NCBI GenBank assembly: GCA_021786945.1
Contig: JAJYMK010000003.1
Coordinates: 457,471-521,470, forward strand
Source: a bacterium
GTDB lineage: Bacteria; Patescibacteriota; Minisyncoccia; UBA6257; 02-FULL-45-10c
Reading direction: 5' to 3'
DNA length: 64,000 nucleotides
How positions within the stretch are numbered: position 1 is the first letter of the stretch; the number at the start of each line of letters is the position of its first letter. A program made the position numbers and the translations under genes. Of this stretch, positions 47,620 through 56,329 are shown in pieces. The notes beneath the pieces were generated by a model, which did no database searches, was not told where the DNA came from, and was given only the letters and a program-made list of their open reading frames with translations.

Positions 47620-48939
47620 TTAATTTTTTCTTAAAATATTTTTCAATTCTTCCAAATTATTTTCAATAAACAACGCTTTCTTTTGTTTGTTAATTATTTC
47701 CTTTAATTTTCCGGGAATTTCAATTTTTTTGCCAATTATCGGTTCAATGGCGTCTTTGAATTTTACGGGATGCGCAGTACTTAAAGAAATAATCACGTCG
47801 TCGATACCACTTTCTTGAGCAGCCTTAACAGCTACAGCGCTATGTGTATCCAATAAATATCCGACTTTTTCATAAACATTCCCGATTGTACGGGAAGTTT
47901 CTTCCTCAGTCACACTTATCCCTATAATGTCTTTTACCATTAATTTAGCGTTATTTTCGTATAAATCCAGCATCCTGGCAAAGTTAGAGGGATTACCCAC
48001 ATCCATTGAATTAGACATGGTTTTTTGCGAAGGACGAGGCTTATATACACCAGTATGGAGGTATTCCGGGACTACATCATTTATATTGGTAGCGGCAATA
48101 AACATACCTATTGGCAAGCCAATTCTTTTAGCTATAAGCCCGGCTGTTAAATTGCCGAAGTTGCCACTGGGAACACAAAAATTTACATCTTTAATTCCCT
48201 TTTTAACCAATTGGGCGAAACCAAAAATATAATAAAACATCTGTGGCAAAAGACGTCCAAAATTTATGGAGTTAGCCGAAGAAAATTCACCTTTTCCATT
48301 CAGTTCTTTATCACCCAAAATCTGCTTGGCTAATTTTTGGCAATCATCGAAAGCGCCATTTACCTCTACTGCGGTGATATTTCCGCCAAACGTCGTAAGC
48401 TGCTTTTCCTGAAGATCACTCACCTTTCCTGACGGATATAAAATATAAACTTTTATATTCGGCACATTATAAAAACCTGCGGCCACAGCGCTTCCTGTAT
48501 CTCCAGATGTGGCAACGATTATTTTCAATTCTTTTTTAGTTTGTCTTAAAAAATAACCCATCGCCCGAGACATAAATCTAGCGCCGAAATCCTTAAAAGC
48601 CATTGTCGGACCATGCCAAAGTTCTTCAACGTAAATATTATCACTGATTTTAACCAAGGGAGCCGGAAATCCTTCGCCGCAATCAATAAAAGCATCTGGA
48701 CTAAAAGCATCGTCAATTATTTCTTTCAAATCTTTTTCAGGAATATCATCAATAAATAATTTTCCGACTTCCAGGGCTATCTCGCCAAAGCTTTTGTTTG
48801 CCAAATCAGCCAAAAATTTATTATTCAAAGACGGAAAATTTTCGGGCATATACAATCCACCGTCCGGAGCCAAACCCTCGAAAAGGACGTCTTTAAACTT
48901 TTTGCCCTTTATTTGTTTATTAGTACTGTAATAATACAT
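47620..48939 (-). CDS. thrC: threonine synthase
   Basis: PLP-lysine motif region …HGPTMAFKDFGARF…, fold-type II PLP enzyme length/pattern of ThrC. Confidence 0.8.
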   Translation of the reverse strand: MYYYSTNKQIKGKKFKDVLFEGLAPDGGLYMPENFPSLNNKFLADLANKSFGEIALEVGKLFIDDIPEKDLKEIIDDAFSPDAFIDCGEGFPAPLVKISDNIYVEELWHGPTMAFKDFGARFMSRAMGYFLRQTKKELKIIVATSGDTGSAVAAGFYNVPNIKVYILYPSGKVSDLQEKQLTTFGGNITAVEVNGAFDDCQKLAKQILGDKELNGKGEFSSANSINFGRLLPQMFYYIFGFAQLVKKGIKDVNFCVPSGNFGNLTAGLIAKRIGLPIGMFIAATNINDVVPEYLHTGVYKPRPSQKTMSNSMDVGNPSNFARMLDLYENNAKLMVKDIIGISVTEEETSRTIGNVYEKVGYLLDTHSAVAVKAAQESGIDDVIISLSTAHPVKFKDAIEPIIGKKIEIPGKLKEIINKQKKALFIENNLEELKNILRKN

Positions 48940-48971
48940 ATACTTAATGATACTTTAACTGAAATAAAAAA

Positions 48972-49000
48972 AAAGCTCGCATGTTTATACGCGAGCTTTT
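48972..49000 (-). terminator. intrinsic terminator for 49012-49266
   Basis: AAAGCTCGC-ATGTTTATAC-GCGAGCTTT. Confidence 0.6.
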
Positions 49001-49011
49001 ATATTGTTTTT

Positions 49012-49266
49012 TTAAGGATTCACTTGAATCCCCCCTCCTGTTCTTATGCCAATATTACCATTTGTATCCACCCCCATAGATCCAGACTTCATTATGGTAA
49101 TGCCGACCGAAATATGGTCTTTTTTAGAACCACCCCTCTTCGAACAAGAACCGTTCTTTTTGTATTCAGCTAAGTTATAGCTGGTAAATATCATACCCAG
49201 AATAACCCCGCAGAACAAAACGACGAAGACAGCACCAATCTTCCAATCAGCTTTCCAATTCATCAT
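49012..49266 (-). CDS. hypothetical small membrane-anchored protein (84 aa)
   Basis: N-terminal TM helix, Gly-rich C-terminus. Confidence 0.4.
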   Translation of the reverse strand: MMNWKADWKIGAVFVVLFCGVILGMIFTSYNLAEYKKNGSCSKRGGSKKDHISVGITIMKSGSMGVDTNGNIGIRTGGGIQVNP

Positions 49267-49339
49267 ATCTTTTTCCCCTTTTTAGATTTTCAAAAATTCT
49301 AACATTTATAATACCACAAAAAATACTATTTGTCTAGGC

Positions 49340-49852
49340 CTAATAAATCAGTTTGATTATCTGTTCCACTAATTCCTCCTCGATTAAATTATCGGCTTTT
49401 ATAATATAATCCGCAAATTTTCTGTAAGCCGCGTCCCTTTCTTCAAAAAGCTTTTTCAATCCTTTTTCTTTCAGCCCAACTATACCACCCTTAATCGGCC
49501 TAAGCCCAAGTCTTATCTCGATTTCTTTTAGCGGAAGTTCTATATAAATAATTTTGGTCTCCCTTGCCACTTTTTCCATGGCTTCCACGGAATAAATAAG
49601 GCTTCCTCCCGGAGAAAAAATAATATCCGAATCCTCAAAATCTATTTCCAAGGTATATTGATTTTCCAAATTCAACAATTCTTTTTCTCCTTGTTTTTCC
49701 AGAATTTCATCATAACTTTTTCCAGTTTTTTCTTTTATCAAATCATCCAGATCAATAAAATCCCAGCCCAATTTATCAGCCACTAATTTTCCGATAGTAG
49801 ACTTCCCCGAAGTCGGCATCCCTATTAAAGTTATAGATTTTTTTTCTTTCAT
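49340..49852 (-). CDS. aroK: shikimate kinase
   Basis: Walker A ITLIGMPTSGKSTIGK, ~170 aa, AroK-like. Confidence 0.8.
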   Translation of the reverse strand: MKEKKSITLIGMPTSGKSTIGKLVADKLGWDFIDLDDLIKEKTGKSYDEILEKQGEKELLNLENQYTLEIDFEDSDIIFSPGGSLIYSVEAMEKVARETKIIYIELPLKEIEIRLGLRPIKGGIVGLKEKGLKKLFEERDAAYRKFADYIIKADNLIEEELVEQIIKLIY

Positions 49853-49940
49853 TAAGTTTATTATTTTCTAAATTTTATCATTTCCTCAAGCCGTTTCGCT
49901 CATCCCAGCGGATTCACTCACTAGTTCCTCGCCTCGCTCG

Positions 49941-50075
49941 TTCTATATACTAAATTGTCGTGGAGAAGATTCGGAGCTCCGACATGCTTGGTTCCGATGT
50001 CGGAGTGAGACTCAGGAGTTGTTCCGCGCCGGACGGAACAAACTCCGATTCTCGTAGACAATTTAGTATATAGAA
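49941..50075. repeat. MITE-like hairpin-rich repeat element, copy A (~135 bp, perfect 19-bp terminal inverted repeats)
   Basis: TIR TTCTATATACTAAATTGTC / GACAATTTAGTATATAGAA; internal hairpins CTCCGACATGCTTGGTTCCGATGTCGGAG and GGAGTTGTTCCG...CGGAACAAACTCC; core ~95% identical to reverse complement of 63490-63604. Confidence 0.7.
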
Positions 50076-50128
50076 CACCTTGCCCGCTCGGCTGAGCAGC
50101 TTTCGGAAAAAGATAAGATTTAGAAAAA

Positions 50129-51211
50129 TTATAAGATATATCCCTTTTTATATAATAACTCAGCTGTCAAAATAGCGCCTCCGGCTGCACCTCTTATGGT
50201 ATTGTGCGACAAAGCCACAAATTTCCAATCAAATGCAAAATCCTCACGGAATCTGCCACAAGTAATACCCATTCCTCTTCCGTAATCCCTATCCAATTTA
50301 GTTTGTGGCCTGTTCTCTTCGGCAAAATAATAAATAAACTTTTCAGGCGAAGACGGCAAACCTAATCCCGCCAAAGGATTTTTAAAATTATTTATTGAGT
50401 CAAGAATTTGCCTTAACGACGGCTTCTTTTTGAATTTAACCGCCACGCTAGCCATATGTCCATCGGAACAAGCAACTCTTATACAAGTAGCTGAAATATT
50501 TATATTTTTTGCAGGTACAATCTTTTTGCCCTTTATAGATCCCAAAATTTTCAATGGTTCTTTTTCAGTTTTTTCTTCTTCTCCGCCTATAAACGGGATG
50601 CAATTGTCCACCATTTCCGGCCAGGATTCAAAAGTTTTTCCGGCTCCGGAAATAGCCTGCAAAGTAGTCACCGAAACAGTTTTTGGGCCAAACTTTTTCA
50701 AGGCATGAATTATGGGTAAATACGACTGGAGGGAGCAATTCGGCTTTACAACTAACAAACCATTTTTCCAGCCCCGATTTTTTCTCTGAATATCTATAAT
50801 ATCCAAGTGGTCGCAATTCAACTCCGGCATAATCATAGGCACGTCATCCGTCCATCTGTGAGCGGAATTATTGGAAACCACCGCCACGCCAGCGGCAGCA
50901 TATCGCTCCTCAACTTCTTTGATTTTTTGCTTATCTAAATCTATTGCTGAAAAAACCAAATCAACGCTTTTTACGATCTCATCAAAATCTTCTTCAACAG
51001 CCTTAATAATTATATTTTTTACGTTTTCGGGAATAGCAGTTTTCATATTCCACCTTCCATTCATTACCTCTCCATATTTTTTCCCGGCTGACTGCGGCGA
51101 TGCGGCAACAACCACAACATTAAACCATGGGTGATTTTCCAAAAGAGAAATAAATCTCTGTCCGACCATTCCCGTAGCTCCTAAAATACCCACATTTATT
51201 TTTTTATTCAT
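50129..51211 (-). CDS. asd: aspartate-semialdehyde dehydrogenase
   Basis: N-terminal VGILGATGMVGQRF NAD(P)-binding, active-site Cys region NCSLQ, 360 aa. Confidence 0.85.
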   Translation of the reverse strand: MNKKINVGILGATGMVGQRFISLLENHPWFNVVVVAASPQSAGKKYGEVMNGRWNMKTAIPENVKNIIIKAVEEDFDEIVKSVDLVFSAIDLDKQKIKEVEERYAAAGVAVVSNNSAHRWTDDVPMIMPELNCDHLDIIDIQRKNRGWKNGLLVVKPNCSLQSYLPIIHALKKFGPKTVSVTTLQAISGAGKTFESWPEMVDNCIPFIGGEEEKTEKEPLKILGSIKGKKIVPAKNINISATCIRVACSDGHMASVAVKFKKKPSLRQILDSINNFKNPLAGLGLPSSPEKFIYYFAEENRPQTKLDRDYGRGMGITCGRFREDFAFDWKFVALSHNTIRGAAGGAILTAELLYKKGYIL

Positions 51212-51223
51212 ATTTTTATTAAT

Positions 51224-53665
51224 TTATATTTTCAAAATATCAGCCAATACTCCGCCCGCCGTAACATCCGCTCCGGCACCCGGCCCTTGCACAACCAACG
51301 GTCTTTCTTTATATCTCTTACTGTAAAAAGCGAAAATATTGTCCGCGCCGCGGGTAGAAGCCAACGGATTATCTTTGGACACCATCTCCAATTTTGCCGA
51401 CGCCTCGCTCTTCTGAATCTTAGCCACATACCTCAAAACACAGCCAATTTTTTCGGCTTTTTCGGAAAGTTTTCTGAATTGAGAATCAAACTTCTTTAAC
51501 TCGGACATAAACACTTCCACGTCTTTTATTTTTCGTAATTTTTCCGGAACCAGGCTTTCTATTTTTATATCCTTAAAATCCAATTCCAAGCCGATTTCCC
51601 TGGCCAATATAAGCAGTTTTCTGCCTACATCCTGGCCGCTCAAATCTTCACGCGGATCCGGCTCGGTATAACCCAATTTTCTCGCCTTAGCCACAATTTC
51701 ACTGAAAGACACGCCGCTGCCAAAATTATTAAAAATATAGCTGAGTGTTCCCGAAAATATACCCTCGATTCTTTCTATTTTATCTCCGCTAGCAATCAAA
51801 TCCCTTAAAGTCGAGATAACCGGCAAAGCGGCGCCCACATTAGTTTCATAAAAAAACTTCTTTCTATTGCCGGCCAAAACATCCCTAAGTTTTTTATAAT
51901 CTTTCATTGGCGAAACATTGAATTTTTTATTGGGAGAAACAATACTGAAACCAGCTTCGGCAATTTTAATATATTTTTTGGAAATAAATTCGCTGGCCGT
52001 GCAATCGACAAAAACCTTATTGGCAAAATTAAATTTTTGCGCGTCATCAATCCATTTATCAAAATTTGCCGCTTCTCCTCCTTTTTCCATAATCTTTTTC
52101 CAATTTTTCAAATCAATTCCCCGTTCATTGAGTAGCATTTTTTTATCGTTGATGATTCCACAAACACGGAGAGCTCCGCCGAGTTCATAAATTTGTCCGA
52201 GTAATGTTCCGCCAATATTTCCGGTTCCAACTAAAAATATATTTTTTAAACCACCAAAAACAAACTGATCATGGATAAGATTTAATGCTTTTATTTTATC
52301 TTTACCTTCCACCGTCAAAGAAATATTTCTTTCCGATCCGCCTTGGGCAATAGCGGTAACACTTATTTTGCTGTCTCCCAATGCTTTGAATAATTTTCCC
52401 GAGATACCCGGTGTTCCGCGCATATTATCGCCGACAATGGCGATAATTGCCTGATTAGAAATAAAGCTCAAATTAACCGATTTATTTCCTATTTCTTTTT
52501 TAAATTCCTGTTTTAAAGAATCCAGAGCTGCTTCCAATTCGGACGTTTTAATAGCCAGACAAATAGTGTGCTCAGAAGACGCCTGGGAAATCAAAATAAC
52601 ATTGGCTTTGGCGCGCCTAGTGGCGTCAAAAACTCTGGCTGCGCTTCCGGGAATACCTATCAAACTGACTCCGCCGACAATCACCAGTGAAATATCGTCT
52701 ATAGAAGTAATTCCTTTCACCAAAGAAACTCCGTGATCGGGATTTTTAAGCACAAACGTACCTACAGCTGCTGGATTAAACGTATTTTTTATGACAATAG
52801 GAATTCCCTTTTTAACAGCCGGCAACATAGTGGCGGGATGGATAACTTTAGCTCCGAAATAAGCCAATTCTACAGCCTCCTCATAGCTCACCTCTTTCAA
52901 AACAACGGCATTTTTTACCAATTTAGGATCGGCGCTTAAAATTCCGTCTACATCCGTCCAAATCTCAACAATTTTGACGCTCAAAGCCGCACCGAAAATA
53001 GCAGCCGAATAATCGGAACCGCCTCTTCCCAAAGTCGTAGTTTCGTTATTTTTCGTTGAACCCAAAAAACCGGTAATCACGGGGATTCCCTGTTTATCTT
53101 TAAAATATTTTTTTATGATTTTATTTGTTTCCGAAAAATCCACCGTCGCATTCACAAAATTATCATCCGTTTTCACCAATTCTCTGGCATCGACAAAATA
53201 ACTTTTTTTGGAAAGCCCGTCCTTAATATATCCCGACACTATAAAAGCCGAGAATCTTTCTCCGAAGCTGGCCACCAAATCTAGTTGTTTGGAAGAAGCT
53301 TCTTTTTTGGAAAATATTTTCTCTAAAACTTCGCTTAATTCTCCAATTAGCTTTTCAACGTATTCAAAGGCAATTGCCTGATTATTTTTGGATTTTATCA
53401 ATTTTTTAATTGATTCTATATGGCGCTTTTTTATTAACCCAACCTCATCTTTATATTTTATGTCTCCAGCCGCAGCAAATTTAGCCGACTTCAAAAGCTG
53501 ATCGGTAATTCCCTGAAAAGCCGAAACCACCATAGCGACTCCATCCCCTCGATTATGCTCGGGGCAAGCTTTTTTTGCTGCATCAACTACTATTTTAGAC
53601 GCCTTCTTAATCATTTCCGGAGTACCTACCGACGAACCTCCAAATTTTAATATTTTCGTAATCAT
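51224..53665 (-). CDS. thrA: bifunctional aspartokinase / homoserine dehydrogenase
   Basis: N-terminal aspartokinase (KFGGSSVG…), central ACT region, C-terminal homoserine dehydrogenase (LVGTGNIGGTLL… NAD-binding); 813 aa. Confidence 0.85.
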   Translation of the reverse strand: MITKILKFGGSSVGTPEMIKKASKIVVDAAKKACPEHNRGDGVAMVVSAFQGITDQLLKSAKFAAAGDIKYKDEVGLIKKRHIESIKKLIKSKNNQAIAFEYVEKLIGELSEVLEKIFSKKEASSKQLDLVASFGERFSAFIVSGYIKDGLSKKSYFVDARELVKTDDNFVNATVDFSETNKIIKKYFKDKQGIPVITGFLGSTKNNETTTLGRGGSDYSAAIFGAALSVKIVEIWTDVDGILSADPKLVKNAVVLKEVSYEEAVELAYFGAKVIHPATMLPAVKKGIPIVIKNTFNPAAVGTFVLKNPDHGVSLVKGITSIDDISLVIVGGVSLIGIPGSAARVFDATRRAKANVILISQASSEHTICLAIKTSELEAALDSLKQEFKKEIGNKSVNLSFISNQAIIAIVGDNMRGTPGISGKLFKALGDSKISVTAIAQGGSERNISLTVEGKDKIKALNLIHDQFVFGGLKNIFLVGTGNIGGTLLGQIYELGGALRVCGIINDKKMLLNERGIDLKNWKKIMEKGGEAANFDKWIDDAQKFNFANKVFVDCTASEFISKKYIKIAEAGFSIVSPNKKFNVSPMKDYKKLRDVLAGNRKKFFYETNVGAALPVISTLRDLIASGDKIERIEGIFSGTLSYIFNNFGSGVSFSEIVAKARKLGYTEPDPREDLSGQDVGRKLLILAREIGLELDFKDIKIESLVPEKLRKIKDVEVFMSELKKFDSQFRKLSEKAEKIGCVLRYVAKIQKSEASAKLEMVSKDNPLASTRGADNIFAFYSKRYKERPLVVQGPGAGADVTAGGVLADILKI

Positions 53666-53861
53666 TTTTATTTATTAATAATTATTTTTCCAAAAAAATT
53701 CCCAGCTCTTAAGCCGGGGTTAGTTTATTTTTATACAATTCAACTAAGACCTCGGCTAAGGGCTTGTGGTAGTAGTTGTAGTTGTAAAAACGACTTTATT
53801 CATTACTTCTTTATCATAACAACCGTCAATTTTTAGTCAAAGCCGGAAAAGGTGAATAAAA

Positions 53862-53905
53862 ATCCCCCTGTTCATAACAGAACAAGGGGATGTTTTTTTT
53901 TACTT
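53862..53905. terminator. bidirectional intrinsic terminator
   Basis: ATCCCCCTGTTC-ATAACAG-AACAAGGGGAT with flanking A5 and T9. Confidence 0.7.
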
Positions 53906-54532
53906 CCTGAAAGGAAGCACGCCATCGATAAGGCCGTAAGCTTTCGCTTCTTCGGCGGACATATAGAGGTTCCTCTCCATGTCCTTCTGGACCTTTTCGA
54001 AGGTCTGGCCGCAATGCTTAGCGATGATCTCGGTAAGCACCTTCTTGTTGAGCTGCATTTCCTTGGCCTCGATTTCGATGTCCGTTGCCTGACCGGAAAT
54101 GCCGCCGCCCATTATCAGGGGCTGGTGGATCATGATACGGGAGTTTGGCAGCGCGAAACGCTTACCTTTTGTTCCCGACGCCAGGATCACCGCACCGAAG
54201 CTCATCGCCATCCCCATACACACGGTAGAGACAGGGCTCTTGATGAACTGCATAGCATCGTAAACAGCCAAGCCGGCCGTTACCATGCCGCCGGGCGAAT
54301 TTATGTAAAGGCAGATATCTTTGGAATCATCTTGTGAATCCAAGTACAGCATCTGCGCGATCAGTGAATTCGCTGACTCGGTAGTGAACTCGCCTTCGTA
54401 ACCACCCACAAAGATAATGCGGTCGGTTAAAAGACGGGAGTAGATATCGTAAGCCCTTTCCACGCCAGCCACCTTCCCGATGACAGTCGGGATAACGCTG
54501 ACGGCTTTTATCACGCCACGTTCCTTTTTCAT
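53900..54532 (-). CDS. clpP: ATP-dependent Clp protease proteolytic subunit (G+C-rich paralog)
   Basis: [11 protein letters not shown]…[15 protein letters not shown], catalytic Ser in GMAMSFG, His in MIHQP; strong AAGGAGGAAGG SD; coding sequence visibly G+C-richer than the adjacent clpP. Confidence 0.85.
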   Translation of the reverse strand: MKKERGVIKAVSVIPTVIGKVAGVERAYDIYSRLLTDRIIFVGGYEGEFTTESANSLIAQMLYLDSQDDSKDICLYINSPGGMVTAGLAVYDAMQFIKSPVSTVCMGMAMSFGAVILASGTKGKRFALPNSRIMIHQPLIMGGGISGQATDIEIEAKEMQLNKKVLTEIIAKHCGQTFEKVQKDMERNLYMSAEEAKAYGLIDGVLPFRK

Positions 54533-54619
54533 AATCCTTCCTCCTTACCAAGAATTTCTGAATCGAACTTAATTTTCAAGCTCCTAATTTAAACCTAAAT
54601 TAAAAATAAAACTCCGTCA

Positions 54620-54652
54620 ATAATAAAAGACCTCTGTTATATAGAGGTCTTT
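54620..54652 (-). terminator. intrinsic terminator between the two clpP genes
   Basis: GAAAGACCTCT-ATATAACA-GAGGTCTTT + TATT on minus strand. Confidence 0.6.
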
Positions 54653-54660
54653 CAAAAAAA

Positions 54661-55263
54661 TTATTTTTTAACTTTTATTATCTCGTCCACTAAACCATAT
54701 TCTTTTGCTTCCTGCGGACTAAGCCAATAATCTCTGTCTGTATCTTTTTGTATTTTACTCAAAGATTGACCCGTGTGTTTAGCTAGAATCTGATTAAGCT
54801 GTTCTCTCATCCTCAAAATATGCTTTGCACTGATTTCGATCTCGGTAGCTTGGCCGCCGATTCCCTCGCTCATCACCTGATGGATCAAAACTTCGGAATT
54901 CGGAAGTATAAATCTTTTTCCTTTAGCTCCCGCGGCCAGAAGTACGGCGCCCATAGAAGCCGATATTCCTACACCAATGGTAGAAACATCACACTTCACA
55001 TGCTGCATAGTATCATAAATAGCCAATCCCGCACTCACGGAACCGCCCGGAGAATTTATATAAAGCTTAATGTCTTTTTTGGGATCCTCGTGTTCCAAAA
55101 AAAGCAGCTGGGCAATAATTGTATTCGCCATACCATCACTTACAGGACCGCCCAAGAATATTATCCTCTCCTTTAAAAGGCGAGAATAAATATCGTAAGC
55201 CCTCTCACCCATAGAACTTTTTTCAATAACTGTCGGGATTAAATATTCATTTTTTTCATTCAT
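54661..55263 (-). CDS. clpP: ATP-dependent Clp protease proteolytic subunit (genome-typical A+T-rich paralog)
   Basis: [28 protein letters not shown], Ser in GISASMG, His in LIHQV; 200 aa. Confidence 0.9.
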   Translation of the reverse strand: MNEKNEYLIPTVIEKSSMGERAYDIYSRLLKERIIFLGGPVSDGMANTIIAQLLFLEHEDPKKDIKLYINSPGGSVSAGLAIYDTMQHVKCDVSTIGVGISASMGAVLLAAGAKGKRFILPNSEVLIHQVMSEGIGGQATEIEISAKHILRMREQLNQILAKHTGQSLSKIQKDTDRDYWLSPQEAKEYGLVDEIIKVKK

Positions 55264-55458
55264 ACCAGGTCAGTAGAAATTCAATAATAATTATTTATAT
55301 TGCGACTTAAATTAAATTTATATATTTATTACCAAACAATGATTTAATTCAATACCATGGTCGCTTCGCGACCCAATTGAATTTTCACTGCCTGGCATAT
55401 ACATAATTATAACTAATTTTCACAAAATATTAATACCCGACACGGCCATAGTCAATAG

Positions 55459-55487
55459 TTGACATTTTGACCTAAAAATTTTAGTTT
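55459..55487 (+). promoter_or_regulatory. candidate promoter TTGACA-17-TAGTTT overlapping palindrome GTCAATAGTTGAC
   Basis: -35 consensus hexamer; -10 weak; perfect 13-bp palindrome 55451-55463 overlaps -35. Confidence 0.35.
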
Positions 55488-55542
55488 GTAGATAGTTTAA
55501 AGCTCTTTAAAAAAGCTACCCAAGCTAACAGGAGGATATGGT

Positions 55543-56127
55543 ATGGAAAGCAAAATAAAAGTTGTTCTGGAAGGCATCGGCCGCGGCCTCCTCATGCATA
55601 AATTTTGCATCGAGGCTTACGAAAACCAGGTAAAGAAGAACAAAGCCAAGCCTTCGCCTGAAGAAGAGGCGGAAAGAGTGGCTTATCGCCTGGCGCCCGA
55701 AAAAGAATCCGAAAAAGGACAGCTCTGCCTTCCGGCCGAGCACTTCATAGGATCTCTTATCTCGGCGGGAGCTGGCTTCAAGCAAGTCGGCGGCGGCAAG
55801 AAAACCTACAAAAGCGTACTCACCGGCAATCTGGATATCTGCCCAGAAAACGTGGGCCTCACGGACGCGAAAGGCACTCCGCTGAAGGACTACAAAATAG
55901 ACAGTCGCCCGGTATGTATCAGGGCAACTAAAGGCCGGATTATCCGCCACCGCCCGCTTATAGAAGTAGGCTGGCGCGCGGAATTCACATTAGTACTCTC
56001 GGACGATTCGGTTCCGCTAGAGGTAATCAAGGCGGTTCTCGAAGAAGCCGGTAAAAGCAAATGCGTCGGCGATTTTCGCCCGCGCTTCGGCCAGTTCCGA
56101 GTTATTTCCGTGGACAAAATTCAGTAA
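55543..56127 (+). CDS. hypothetical protein (194 aa) on a G+C-rich segment
   Basis: AGGAGG SD 7 nt upstream of ATG; no family recognised; followed by (NNGGT)n array and terminator. Confidence 0.55.
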   Translation: MESKIKVVLEGIGRGLLMHKFCIEAYENQVKKNKAKPSPEEEAERVAYRLAPEKESEKGQLCLPAEHFIGSLISAGAGFKQVGGGKKTYKSVLTGNLDICPENVGLTDAKGTPLKDYKIDSRPVCIRATKGRIIRHRPLIEVGWRAEFTLVLSDDSVPLEVIKAVLEEAGKSKCVGDFRPRFGQFRVISVDKIQ

Positions 56128-56156
56128 ATCAAGATTGCCTTCGCTCCACTTTACAT

Positions 56157-56282
56157 GAGGTATGGTAAGGTGAGGTGCGGTTAGGTGAGGTGTGGAATAC
56201 TCAAACCTAAATTGCTTTGACGTACCAAGGTCTGGTGCGGCGAGGTGAGGTGAGGTTTGGTAAGGTTGGGTAGGGTGTGGTA
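56157..56282 (+). repeat. period-5 (NNGGT)n pentanucleotide repeat array in two blocks (7 + 11 units)
   Basis: Block 1: at-GGT aa-GGT ga-GGT gc-GGT ta-GGT ga-GGT gt-GG (56157-56195). Block 2: aa-GGT ct-GGT gc-GGC ga-GGT ga-GGT ga-GGT tt-GGT aa-GGT tg-GGT ag-GGT gt-GGT (56227-56282). Contains >=7 AGGTG (Shine-Dalgarno-like) cores. Confidence 0.8.
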
Positions 56283-56286
56283 AAAC

Positions 56287-56325
56287 AAAAGCCCTCCGGT
56301 GAAAATCGGAGGGCTTTCTTTTTTA
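56287..56325. terminator. bidirectional intrinsic terminator
   Basis: AAAGCCCTCCG-GTGAAAAT-CGGAGGGCTTT + T-run; between convergent 55543-56127(+) and tig(-). Confidence 0.75.
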
Positions 56326-56329
56326 TTAA

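Noticed and set aside
53852-54337. 161-aa plus-strand ORF antisense to the G+C-rich clpP; likewise 54820-55176 antisense to the other clpP
   Set aside because: ClpP motifs unambiguously identify the minus-strand frames.
56157-56282. CRISPR array interpretation of the GGT-repeat region
   Set aside because: The repeat period is 5 nt with no spacer-sized unique segments, and there are no cas genes; it is a pentanucleotide array, not CRISPR.
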